A stretch of DNA of 34,007 nucleotides from a virus (taxonomy: Duplodnaviria > Caudoviricetes): positions 1 through 34,007 of IMG/VR virus record IMGVR_UViG_3300034073_000494; one strand, given 5' to 3'. Position numbers and translations under genes: made by a program. Positions 16,651 to 25,173 of the stretch are shown one piece after another. Under the pieces are notes generated by a model, which searched no databases, was not told the origin of the DNA, and saw only the letters and a list, made by a program, of their open reading frames with translations. Position 1 is the stretch's first letter; each line of letters opens with the position of its first letter.

Positions 16651-18897
16651 ATGGCAACCAAATCAATAACCAGCGTGGACGACAACGGCCCGCTCATCAC
16701 CTACACCGTTTTTACGGCAATTACGGCGAGGGACAAGACAGAGTATTCGGACGCACCGTGGACTGACCTTGTGCGCATGCTCGCCGACCCGCCGACGTAT
16801 CTCGCCAAGCGGGACTGCCCGCTGTTATCGCTCTGCGAGTACGGTGACGCTACAGGCGAGGGTGGCGGCCTGCGCCACGCTAGTAACGTGCGGCGTGTCT
16901 ACGGCATTGAGGTGGATTATGACGGCGAGGAGGTGAGCGTTGACGAGGGCGAGAAGCGGCTGCACGCGGCAGGACTGGCGGCGCTTATCTACACGTCAGC
17001 CTCGTACACCGACGGCGCACCAAGGTGGCGGGCGATCCTGCCACTGTCTGAGCCGGCGGCGCCGATTGATCGTGCCAAGTTCGTGGCGAGGGCTAACCGT
17101 GCGCTAGGCGGTATCGCCAGCCGGGAGTCGTTCACGCTGTCCCAGAGCTTCTACTTTGGCAAGGTGCGTGGTGCGAAGTACATCGTGCGGGAGACTCGCG
17201 GTCGCTGCATCGACCAAGCCGTAGACCTTGAGCCGCTATTTCACCAATCGCAAGGCACTGACCCAAAGAGCGGCCGCGACACTCGCAGCAATCAGCAGCT
17301 CATCGAAGCCTTTGGTCGTGGTGAGGGGCGGTATGAGGCGATGCTGAAGCTGTCCAGTCGGTGGGCGGCACGCGGCATGGAGTACGACGATGTGGTGGCG
17401 GCGCTTGAGGACTTGCTGGCCGGCAGTGGCAGCAGCTTGAACGCTGACGGCATCGACCTGCGCAGCCGTGTTAAGCCGATGGCAGCGAGTGCCGTGCGCA
17501 AGTTTGCGGGGACTGTGGTAGAGGCGCGCATTGGTGCGTCCGTGCCGGAGGTACCGGAGGACTTGCCGCCCTTTAATGTCAACGATTGGCTGGATGTGCC
17601 CGAGGCTCAGGGCATGGTTAGGGTGCGTGAGCCGGAGGTCACGCTAGGTGTGACACTTAGTGGCATAGTTGAGACGATGCCCGGCATGACGGGCGACACG
17701 CTCATCACCGCCAAGCGGTGGTCGCCAATTAAGCCTGCCGACATTCCGCCGCGTCAGTGGCTCTACGGCTTCCATTACATGCGGCGCATGGTAAGCATGA
17801 CCGCAGGCGCGGGCGGCGGTGGTAAGTCAAGCATGGTGATGGTGGAGGCGGTCAGCATGTCAATCGGCCGCGACTTGCTGCGCGGCAAGTGGATGCTGCC
17901 TACGGGCAGGCTTGGTGTGTGGGTGCATAACGGTGAAGACCCAGAGGACGAGTTGCAGCGCAGGCTGGCCGCGATCTGCATGCATTATGGCGTGGATGCC
18001 GAGGAGGTTGCCGAGCGGTTCTACTTGACTAGTGGACGTGATACGCGGGTTATCGTGGCCGAGGAGATTGACGGGCAGGTGGTGCAGATACCGGGCGTGC
18101 GCGAGCAGCTCGTGCAGCAGATGCGTGAGCAAGAGATAAGCGTGCTCATTCTTGACCCGTTCATCAGCACCCATGCCGTGAACGAAAACAGCAACCCGGC
18201 CATGGAAAAGGTCATGTGGGAGTGGCGGGCGGTTGCCGAGCAGGCCAACTGTGCCATTGAGTTGGTGCATCACTTCCGCAAGGGCAACGGCAACGAGTCC
18301 ACGGGCGATGACGTGCGCGGTGCCAGTGCCGTGGCAGGGGCGTGCCGCAGTGTGCGCATTGCTTCGCCGATGACAAAGGGCGAGGCCGAGCAGTACAGCG
18401 TCAACCCTGATGAACGGCGCAGACACTTCTGGTTGCAGAACCCCAAGGCCAACATGCGGCCGCCCAGCGATGAGCGGGTATGGCGCAGGCTGGAAAGCGT
18501 GGAGCTGGGCAACGCCACGGGCATCTATGAGGAGGGGGACAAGGTGGGCGTGGTCATCGACTGGTCGCCGCCTACTGCCGAGTCTGCCATCACGCCGGGG
18601 CAGAAGGCGGCCGTGCTGCGCGATATGGAGCAGGCCGCAGCCAAAGACCCGCTGGCCAATCGTATCGACCCGCGCTCAAGTCTCTGGGCAGGGCGGGTGC
18701 TGGCGCGGCATATGGAGTATGACCCGGACGATGCGCAGGCTAAGAACACCCTCAAGCGCATCCTAGAGAGTTGGGTGAGCGATGGCACGCTCAAGCGCGG
18801 TCAGGCGCGTGACCATGTTAAGGCGCGCTACTGCCCGGTCTTCTATGTCGCAGAATCGCAACAGGGCAAGGAAGCGGACGAGGAGACGCCCTTTTAA
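16651..18897 (+). CDS. primase-helicase (N-terminal prim-pol-like domain, C-terminal RepA/AAA_25 helicase)
   Basis: EVDYD and YTSAS...PRWRAILPL primase-like motifs; Walker A GAGGGGKS, Walker B LILDP, LVHHFRK and RGASA. Confidence 0.88.
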   Translation: MATKSITSVDDNGPLITYTVFTAITARDKTEYSDAPWTDLVRMLADPPTYLAKRDCPLLSLCEYGDATGEGGGLRHASNVRRVYGIEVDYDGEEVSVDEGEKRLHAAGLAALIYTSASYTDGAPRWRAILPLSEPAAPIDRAKFVARANRALGGIASRESFTLSQSFYFGKVRGAKYIVRETRGRCIDQAVDLEPLFHQSQGTDPKSGRDTRSNQQLIEAFGRGEGRYEAMLKLSSRWAARGMEYDDVVAALEDLLAGSGSSLNADGIDLRSRVKPMAASAVRKFAGTVVEARIGASVPEVPEDLPPFNVNDWLDVPEAQGMVRVREPEVTLGVTLSGIVETMPGMTGDTLITAKRWSPIKPADIPPRQWLYGFHYMRRMVSMTAGAGGGGKSSMVMVEAVSMSIGRDLLRGKWMLPTGRLGVWVHNGEDPEDELQRRLAAICMHYGVDAEEVAERFYLTSGRDTRVIVAEEIDGQVVQIPGVREQLVQQMREQEISVLILDPFISTHAVNENSNPAMEKVMWEWRAVAEQANCAIELVHHFRKGNGNESTGDDVRGASAVAGACRSVRIASPMTKGEAEQYSVNPDERRRHFWLQNPKANMRPPSDERVWRRLESVELGNATGIYEEGDKVGVVIDWSPPTAESAITPGQKAAVLRDMEQAAAKDPLANRIDPRSSLWAGRVLARHMEYDPDDAQAKNTLKRILESWVSDGTLKRGQARDHVKARYCPVFYVAESQQGKEADEETPF

Positions 18898-18909
18898 TGC
18901 ACCCCGACC

Positions 18910-19069
18910 TTCCCCAAACTTCCCCAAAATTCCCCAAACTTCCCCAAAGTGCTCCATGTAAGGGAAGCCGCCTTTTAAGGCTTCCCCCAACATGGTTTTA
19001 CCTTAGGGGGTTTTGGATTGGGGAAAATGAAAATCAAGGACTTACAGATTCCCCAAAGTTTCCCCAAAG
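18910..19069. repeat. iteron-like TTCCCCAAA repeats, putative replication origin
   Basis: TTCCCCAAA at 18910, 18920, 18930, 18940, 19049 and 19060; inverted TTGGGGAA at 19018; hairpin 18962-18986; IHF consensus at 19032-19044. Confidence 0.7.
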
Positions 19070-19086
19070 TGTGGGGAGGAGGCTTG

Positions 19087-19320
19087 ATGCGCACCCCAAA
19101 AAACCCCAACAAGGTTTGGCCTACCAAGGCCAAGAAGATACCCGAGCTGGAACCCGCTAACCTTGAGACGGACTTAGCTAAGAGGTTAGCCCACTGCCAC
19201 GGTGTTGAATGGGTCAGGGTTATGCGTACCCTGCAAAAGCGGTTTGATGCAAAGTTGATTTATCACGAGGACTCAAATGGAACGGTTGGAAAGAAACCAA
19301 GTTGGGCTGACTTGGATTGA
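19087..19320 (+). CDS. hypothetical protein
   Basis: ATG after GGAGGAGG; start trimmed from track ORF 19018. Confidence 0.55.
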   Translation: MRTPKNPNKVWPTKAKKIPELEPANLETDLAKRLAHCHGVEWVRVMRTLQKRFDAKLIYHEDSNGTVGKKPSWADLD

Positions 19321-19519
19321 GAATGGGCTGGATGACTTCTGGCTGTGGACGACGGCGTGCCGTAGGTACTCCATCAATCCCAGCACGGTGAACAAGGAGA
19401 CGGTGTTCACGCTGGTCAGGCGAGATAGGCACAAGGCGCAGCCTCGTGTCATCGACCGATTACAAACGCTGGAGGCGGCTAAAGAGAGGGCTGAGGTACA
19501 TGCGCGTTATGGCGAATAG
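19277..19519 (+). CDS. hypothetical protein
   Basis: 80 aa ending TLEAAKERAEVH, a common small-phage-protein ending. Confidence 0.5.
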   Translation: MERLERNQVGLTWIENGLDDFWLWTTACRRYSINPSTVNKETVFTLVRRDRHKAQPRVIDRLQTLEAAKERAEVHARYGE

Positions 19520-19820
19520 ATGCCCTGTATGCTTTGTGCCTAAGCGTGGCGGCAAGCGTTGCGGCTACCATGCCGAGCAACGTGCCAGAGGGATGAGTGA
19601 CGATTACATCCGTGAGTCGGTAGCCAAGACGCTGGAACGCAATCAGGTCATCCAGATTGTCTGTGAGGCTGTCGATGATGCTCGGCTGAGTTCTAAGCCT
19701 GAGTCGAGGCAGCGGTCACGTCGCAAGCCTAAGCCGCGTGAGGTCTTGACCGTTCGTGGTTACCTGATACGAGAGTTGTGCAATGCTGTAGACCTTGGAA
19801 GGCAAACAGCGAGCTGGTAA
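19509..19820 (+). CDS. hypothetical protein with N-terminal CxxC...CxxH
   Basis: MANRCPVCFVPKRGGKRCGYH; stop coupled to the resolvase start (TAATG). Confidence 0.5.
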   Translation: MANRCPVCFVPKRGGKRCGYHAEQRARGMSDDYIRESVAKTLERNQVIQIVCEAVDDARLSSKPESRQRSRRKPKPREVLTVRGYLIRELCNAVDLGRQTASW

Positions 19821-20143
19821 TGGGACTGAGACAACGGCAGAGAGGCGCTGAGACAGAGCGTGAGGTCTGCAAAATCATCACGGAAAAGACCGGGTGGCAA
19901 ACTAATCGAATCTTGGGGCAGGCTAGAGACGGCGGCGCTGACGTGCGCCTTGGCCAGTTTCTGGTTGAGGTCAAGAGGCGGAAAGGCATAGCCGTCTACG
20001 AATGGCTTGAGCAGTGCCAGAAAGCCTGTGGCGAGAATGACAAGCCGGTTGTGATTGCAAGAGGCGACCACAAAGGGTTTATCGTGATTCAGCCGCTGGA
20101 TGATTGGCTGGACATGGCCAAGAAAGAATTGCCGGAGCGGTAA
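19820..20143 (+). CDS. Holliday junction resolvase (Hjc-like PD-(D/E)XK)
   Basis: RQRGAETEREV...GGAD...LVEVKRRK...PVVIAR. Confidence 0.8.
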   Translation: MGLRQRQRGAETEREVCKIITEKTGWQTNRILGQARDGGADVRLGQFLVEVKRRKGIAVYEWLEQCQKACGENDKPVVIARGDHKGFIVIQPLDDWLDMAKKELPER

Positions 20144-20144
20144 C

Positions 20145-20444
20145 GTGCGTTGTCCGAAATGCTCCAAGCCAAGCGAGGTCGTCAAGGTCTATCAGTTTGA
20201 GTGTGAGGCGAGGCGGCGACGGCAATGCACTCGCTGCGGCCATCGGTTTACGACGAGCGAGCGGCTCTGGCGGCGCGTCTACGCCGATGAGAAAAAGGCT
20301 GTGGTGCCTAAGACCAGAAAGACCCGAAACAAGCCCGAGCTGATTTACCGAACGCAATACAGCAACTTTGACGTGGTGTCCGTGACTGATTACGACATGG
20401 ATGCCGAGGACGTATCAACCTATGTTCACTGGAAGGATGACTGA
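20145..20444 (+). CDS. Zn-ribbon protein (NrdR N-terminal-like)
   Basis: MRCPKC...RRRRQCTRCGHRFTTSE; no ATP cone. Confidence 0.75.
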   Translation: MRCPKCSKPSEVVKVYQFECEARRRRQCTRCGHRFTTSERLWRRVYADEKKAVVPKTRKTRNKPELIYRTQYSNFDVVSVTDYDMDAEDVSTYVHWKDD

Positions 20445-20962
20445 TGCCGGGCACACCGATTAAGCGCGCCAAGCGAGAGAAAGCTCGGCAAATAATGGAA
20501 ACTACCGACTTTTGGGAACAGCTCTGGGAGCATCTTGCTGAGGGCAACACGCTTAGGAGCTTTACGGGTGACGGCTCAACCGTGACTTACGGCCAGCTCT
20601 TGAAACGCATCCAGAGCGACCCTGAAATGAATGAGCGATATGAGACGGTGCGCAATGCTCGTGCCTTGGCTAACGCTGAGAGGATTGAGCAGCTTGCCGA
20701 GAAGGTTGAACTGGAACAGATTGACCCGAACGCTGCGAAGGTTTCGATTGGGGCAAGGCAATGGCTGGCCGAGCGAATGGACCCGAAGCGATGGGGCAAT
20801 AAGATTCAGCAGGACGTGAAGATTACCGACACGACACAACTGCACCTTGAGGCAGTCCGTAACTTGATGCGAACGGTGAGCGTGCAGCAGCCCGAAAGGC
20901 TTACCAGCGACACATCGACGGACAGCGCCGCTGGCGCGCGCGGCACTACAGAACGCGAATGA
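20444..20962 (+). CDS. terS: terminase small subunit
   Basis: HLAEGNTLRS...RYETVR...ARQWLAERMDPKRWGNK (Sf6 gp1-like); upstream of terL. Confidence 0.8.
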   Translation: MPGTPIKRAKREKARQIMETTDFWEQLWEHLAEGNTLRSFTGDGSTVTYGQLLKRIQSDPEMNERYETVRNARALANAERIEQLAEKVELEQIDPNAAKVSIGARQWLAERMDPKRWGNKIQQDVKITDTTQLHLEAVRNLMRTVSVQQPERLTSDTSTDSAAGARGTTERE

Positions 20963-20963
20963 G

Positions 20964-20983
20964 AATGAGAATCATTCGCATTT
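20964..20983. promoter_or_regulatory. Fur-box-like site 1
   Basis: AATGAGAATCATTCGCATT matches AATGATAATCATTATCATT at 16/19 positions; extra GAATGA half-site upstream. Confidence 0.6.
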
Positions 20984-20993
20984 ACAGCTCTGG

Positions 20994-21025
20994 TTTATGC
21001 ACGGTTTTATGCAGGATTTTATGCA
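20994..21025 (+). repeat. three TTTATGCA direct repeats with 12-bp period
   Basis: Copies at 20994, 21006 and 21018. Confidence 0.8.
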
Positions 21026-21045
21026 CCGAATAAAACGCGAAATCG

Positions 21046-21058
21046 TAAGTGCTTGATG
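21046..21058 (-). promoter_or_regulatory. IHF-like site
   Basis: Minus strand CATCAAGCACTTA vs WATCAANNNNTTR (one mismatch). Confidence 0.45.
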
Positions 21059-21078
21059 CGTAAGGAGTTATTGCGAGG

Positions 21079-21106
21079 ACTGCGCATAATACCCATTATG
21101 TTAAAT
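21079..21106 (+). other. dif: XerC/XerD dif-like recombination site
   Basis: ACTGCGCATAA-TACCCA-TTATGTTAAAT vs E. coli dif GGTGCGCATAA-TGTATA-TTATGTTAAAT: XerD arm 11/11, XerC arm 9/11, 6-bp spacer. Confidence 0.9.
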
Positions 21107-21132
21107 CGACCACTGTGCGGACAGGCTATCCG

Positions 21133-21145
21133 CAACCCGTTGATT
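21133..21145 (-). promoter_or_regulatory. IHF consensus site
   Basis: Minus strand AATCAACGGGTTG, a perfect WATCAANNNNTTR match. Confidence 0.55.
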
Positions 21146-21165
21146 TACCTCGGGTTTTGAGTAGA

Positions 21166-21207
21166 TGCAAATGAGAATCATTCGCATTTGCAGTTGAGAA
21201 TCATTTA
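21166..21207. promoter_or_regulatory. Fur-box-like site 2 (extended palindrome plus partial third copy)
   Basis: TGCAAATGAGAATCATTCGCATTTGCA is a 27-bp palindrome with one mismatch; 21170-21189 is identical to 20964-20983; followed by TGAGAATCATT. Confidence 0.6.
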
Positions 21208-21417
21208 CACCCCCCCCGGCAGGTACCCCCACCGGGGGGCGGGCGCTGGCGTAACCCCACAGGCGCCGATTTTGGAGGTTTTTGCATGACCCTATGGCAA
21301 GGTACTATCTTGACCCTAAATCGCCCCAAAACGGCTCACAGGCCGTTATACGGCAATCTAGGCTAACCCCCCCCATACCACCCCATCACAAAACACGCCA
21401 CAGCGCAAAAAAATTTT

Positions 21418-22821
21418 ATGCCTCAAAACGTTTTCGCCGACTTCGTGACTCGCTACCACCAAGACCCTGTGCTATTTGTGCAGGAGGTGCTGGGCATTGA
21501 CCCGCAGCCGTGGCAGGGTGAATTTCTTAAAGCCATCGCCCGTGGCGAACGCCGCATCAGCGTCAAGTCTGCTCACGGCGTGGGCAAATCCTCGGCCTGC
21601 TCGTGGGCCATGCTCTGGGTCATCCTGACGCATTACCCCAGCAAGCAGGTCTGTACCGCCCCGACCAGCTCGCAGTTGTTTGACGCCCTGTGGGCAGAGC
21701 TGCGCGCCAACATCACCAAGCTGCCTGACGCGCTGCAAACGCTGCTGGACGTGACCGCTGACCGCGTGGCATTGAAAGCAGCCCCCGACGAGTGTTTTAT
21801 TTCTGCCCGTACCGCCCGCGCCGAAAAGCCGGAAGCCTTGCAGGGGGTGCACTCCACAGGCCGCGTGGTGCTATACGCCGACGAGGCATCGGGCGTGGAC
21901 GAGCAAGTATTCGAGGCGGCCATTGGTTCAATGTCGGGCCACAGTGCCACGACCGTGTTGACCAGCAACCCGACCCGCACAAGCGGCTTCTTCTTCGAGA
22001 CGCACAACCGCGCCAAGGATGAATGGTGGCGCATGACCATTGCCGCGCCAGATTGTCCGTTTGTGTCGCCAGACTATGTGCGCCAAGTGGCGATTCAGTA
22101 TGGCGAGCACAGCAACGTGTACCGAGTGCGCGTCTTGGGGGAGTTTCCTTTAGCGGATGACGACACGCTGATACCGCTGGAGTTGGCGCAGATGGCCGTC
22201 AACCGCGACGTTATCCAAAACCCAGATGCGCCAATCCTGTGGGGCGTAGACGTTGCACGCTTTGGCACGGATAGCTCGGCCTTATGCAAGCGCCAGCAAA
22301 ACGTGATACTAGAACCCATCAAGACATGGAAAAACCTAGACCTCATGTCCCTCACGGGCGCCATCCTGCACGAGTACGAATCGGCCGACTTTAAGCAACG
22401 CCCCGCCGAGATATTGGTGGACAGCATCGGCCTTGGTGCAGGCGTGGTGGATCGATTGCGCGAGATGAAACTACCCGTTCGCGGCATTAACGTGGGCGAG
22501 TCGCCTGCCGTAAAGGGCCAATACATGAACCTGCGTGCTGAGTTGTGGGGCAAGGCCAAGGCGTGGTTGGAGGCACGCGATTGCAAGCTGCCGCGTGATG
22601 AGCAATTGGTCAATGAACTGTCATCACCGCGCTATAGCTTCATGAGCAATGGTAAGCTCAAGCTAGAGTCCAAGGATGACATGAAGCGCCGAGGGTTAGC
22701 CTCGCCCGACCGCGCTGACGCCTTTGTGCTGACCTTTGCAAGCGAGGCTGCGACCGTGGGCGGCTCGTACACGCCGACGTGGAATAAGACGGTAAAGCGA
22801 CAGATTCGAGGTGTGGTATGA
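21418..22821 (+). CDS. terL: terminase large subunit
   Basis: PQPWQ Q-motif, Walker A SAHGVGKS, Walker B LYADEASG, LTSNP, nuclease GVDVARFGTD and SPDRADA. Confidence 0.95.
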   Translation: MPQNVFADFVTRYHQDPVLFVQEVLGIDPQPWQGEFLKAIARGERRISVKSAHGVGKSSACSWAMLWVILTHYPSKQVCTAPTSSQLFDALWAELRANITKLPDALQTLLDVTADRVALKAAPDECFISARTARAEKPEALQGVHSTGRVVLYADEASGVDEQVFEAAIGSMSGHSATTVLTSNPTRTSGFFFETHNRAKDEWWRMTIAAPDCPFVSPDYVRQVAIQYGEHSNVYRVRVLGEFPLADDDTLIPLELAQMAVNRDVIQNPDAPILWGVDVARFGTDSSALCKRQQNVILEPIKTWKNLDLMSLTGAILHEYESADFKQRPAEILVDSIGLGAGVVDRLREMKLPVRGINVGESPAVKGQYMNLRAELWGKAKAWLEARDCKLPRDEQLVNELSSPRYSFMSNGKLKLESKDDMKRRGLASPDRADAFVLTFASEAATVGGSYTPTWNKTVKRQIRGVV

Positions 22822-23483
22822 AATGGCAAGACTTCTTTTTGACTGACCCCTACGAGGGGGCCAAGCTGGTACCGCTAGACCTACAGGGCTGGGCCTCCGA
22901 TGACCCCATCCTTGAGGCGTGCATCAAGAACACGCAGCCCAAGCTGATTATCGAGGTCGGCTCATGGAAAGGGGCCTCTGCTATCCACATGGCAAAAGTT
23001 TGTAAGCGCCTCGGCCTAGACACCAAGATTTTGTGCGTCGATACATGGCTCGGCGGCGTCGAGACGTATCAAATGCACGACGGCATCAACCGCTGGATAC
23101 ACGAATCTTTGCGCCACCAAGCGGGCTATCCGCGCCTGCACGAAACCTTCATGTCAAACGTCATCCGCGAGGGCTTCAAGGATGTCATTCTGCCGCTACC
23201 GTTGCCCTCCACGGTAGCCGCAGAGGTTATCCGGCATCGTGGCATTGAGGCCGAGTTTATTTACATCGACGGTTCGCACGAGTATGACGACGTGGTGCTG
23301 GACTTGAAGGGTTATTGGAAGCTCACGAAAAACGGCGGCATCATGGGCGGCGATGATTATCTGTCATGGCCCGGCGTGACCCGCGCGGTAGACGAGTTTT
23401 TGCAGCAAGAGGGCCGCGCCTCGGTGCGCCGTGACCGTAAGTTTGCCATCTCCAAGGGGGCATCACTTGAGGGCGTGGTGTGA
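22818..23483 (+). CDS. class I SAM-dependent methyltransferase (Methyltransf_24-like)
   Basis: IEVGSWKGASA, CVDTW, YIDGSHEYDDV and GDDY motifs. Confidence 0.85.
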   Translation: MKWQDFFLTDPYEGAKLVPLDLQGWASDDPILEACIKNTQPKLIIEVGSWKGASAIHMAKVCKRLGLDTKILCVDTWLGGVETYQMHDGINRWIHESLRHQAGYPRLHETFMSNVIREGFKDVILPLPLPSTVAAEVIRHRGIEAEFIYIDGSHEYDDVVLDLKGYWKLTKNGGIMGGDDYLSWPGVTRAVDEFLQQEGRASVRRDRKFAISKGASLEGVV

Positions 23484-24082
23484 AGTATTACTGCATTACT
23501 TTGCGCGAAGTACCAGAGCGCACCGAGCACGCCAAGCGCGAGGCCGCCAAGGCCGGCATTGAGCTGGATTTTATATATGGCTTCTTTGGCAAGACGCTTG
23601 AGGTGGTGCCGCGCATCCCGATGCACACGGATTATTTTTTGAACCGTGGCGTGACCTGCATATTTTTGACGTGGCTCATGGCATGGCAGATGGCCTACCG
23701 CGACGGGCACGATGAGTTCATCATCTTTGAGGATGACTTATTTTTGCCCGAGGACTTCAAAGAGCGATTTGCCAAGATACGCGCCGACATCCCAGAATCG
23801 TGTGATATGGTGTTTTTGGGAAGCTGCTGCACAGAGGACAAGGCCAAGGTGCCGGTGGCGGGCGACTTGTACGACGTGCGTTATCCCATGTGCCTGCACG
23901 CTTTGTGGTTCAGGCGGCGCGCTGTGGAGGTGTTGCTAAAGCAGCAGCACCCTGCCAACACGCCGATTGACATTGTGCTGGAGTGGCATTGGCTGAAGCA
24001 GCTCAATGTATTGACGGTGCTGCCCGAGTTGGTCGGGCAGGGTAGTAACGGACGCGGCATTGAGTCTGCCGCGCACATGTGA
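23480..24082 (+). CDS. glycosyltransferase family 25-like
   Basis: YCITLREVPER N-terminus, IIFEDD motif, PID motif. Confidence 0.75.
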   Translation: MKYYCITLREVPERTEHAKREAAKAGIELDFIYGFFGKTLEVVPRIPMHTDYFLNRGVTCIFLTWLMAWQMAYRDGHDEFIIFEDDLFLPEDFKERFAKIRADIPESCDMVFLGSCCTEDKAKVPVAGDLYDVRYPMCLHALWFRRRAVEVLLKQQHPANTPIDIVLEWHWLKQLNVLTVLPELVGQGSNGRGIESAAHM

Positions 24083-24117
24083 GTAAAAATACTCACGACA
24101 CTGAGCAAAAGGAAATT

Positions 24118-25137
24118 ATGAATGTTAAAACCAAGCGACGTGCTGCTGTTTCAAAAGCGCTTAGACAAGAAAGTGCCGCAGAAATCAGCACAGCCGAAAC
24201 CCGACAAGCCGCCCCCGCCGAAGAAGCCGCCGCCCGATTTGCCCCCGGCCGCCTGATTCTCTCGGAGGCACTGCCTGCCTCGCGCTTTGTGCGCCTTGAG
24301 GTGCCTTGCGGCGACTATCAGCCGTGCAACCCATCAATCGCCAAGGACGGCAAAGGAGGGCTGGCCTTCATTGTGCGCACGGTCAATTATCTGCTGGGCG
24401 ACGAGGACGGCATCTGGTTCCGTGAGGAAGGCAAGCCCAACACGGTCAACTACTTTGGCACGCTGGATCAGAATTTGACCCAGACGGGCATCACCAAGAT
24501 TGACGACGAGGAAATCCGCAAGACCCGCCCGCCTGCTCAGCATGGCCTAGAGGATGCGCGGCTCTTTTGGTGGGAGGATGATTGGTGGCTGCTTTGCACC
24601 TCACTGCACCACGGCGCAAAGGTGCGCGGCACGATGAGCTTGGGCCGCTTGCGCGATAACCGCGTCGGCCACTTTGAGTTTCTGCACAGCCCGCACGGCC
24701 AAGACATTGAGAAAAACTGGGCGGTGCGCGTGGACGGCAAACAGTTAACAGTGGTCTATCAGCACCACCCTGCCGAATCCTACGAGTTAGCCCCCGCCCG
24801 CCGCCGGTTACACATCGGACACTTCCAGCCCTTGGAGAAATGGTCAGGCGGCTCGCAGCTCATCCGCCACGGCGAGGGTTGGGTGTCGGTGGTGCATCAG
24901 CGGCGCAAGGATAGGAACCGCGTGTATTACGCTCACCGTTTGGTTAGGTATGACGACAATCTCGCCCCCACCCATGCGGGGCGTGAGTTTTACTTCCGTG
25001 GCAACCAAGTGGAATTTTGCGCAGGACTCGTGCAGCACGGCGATGACTTTGTGCTGTCATTCGGAGTCAAAGACCGTGAGGCGTGGCTGGTCAGGCTAGT
25101 CAGGGGAGAATTTGACGCCCTATTGGCCGCAGAATAA
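24118..25137 (+). CDS. five-bladed beta-propeller glycoside hydrolase-like protein (GH130/GH43-like)
   Basis: NPSIA, RTVNY, GLEDARLF, EKNW, VEFCAGL and LSFGVKD motifs; start is 24118 (RBS AAGGA) or GTG 24079. Confidence 0.7.
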   Translation: MNVKTKRRAAVSKALRQESAAEISTAETRQAAPAEEAAARFAPGRLILSEALPASRFVRLEVPCGDYQPCNPSIAKDGKGGLAFIVRTVNYLLGDEDGIWFREEGKPNTVNYFGTLDQNLTQTGITKIDDEEIRKTRPPAQHGLEDARLFWWEDDWWLLCTSLHHGAKVRGTMSLGRLRDNRVGHFEFLHSPHGQDIEKNWAVRVDGKQLTVVYQHHPAESYELAPARRRLHIGHFQPLEKWSGGSQLIRHGEGWVSVVHQRRKDRNRVYYAHRLVRYDDNLAPTHAGREFYFRGNQVEFCAGLVQHGDDFVLSFGVKDREAWLVRLVRGEFDALLAAE

Positions 25138-25173
25138 TAGAATCCCCCTTTTCGGCACGGGTGGCGGTATCTC

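Noticed and set aside
18910-19069. CRISPR-like array
   Set aside because: The repeats are 9-10 bp and tandem, without unique spacers; no cas operon is present
18897-19160. 87-aa ORF after the primase-helicase
   Set aside because: It is largely a translation of the TTCCCCAAA repeats; an origin explains the region better
20145-20444. Genuine nrdR gene
   Set aside because: Only the Zn-ribbon part is present; no ATP cone and no ribonucleotide reductase in the window
21282-21500. 72-aa ORF before terL
   Set aside because: It overlaps terL out of frame and runs through C-run and A-tract signal-like DNA; translation cannot be excluded but is unsupported
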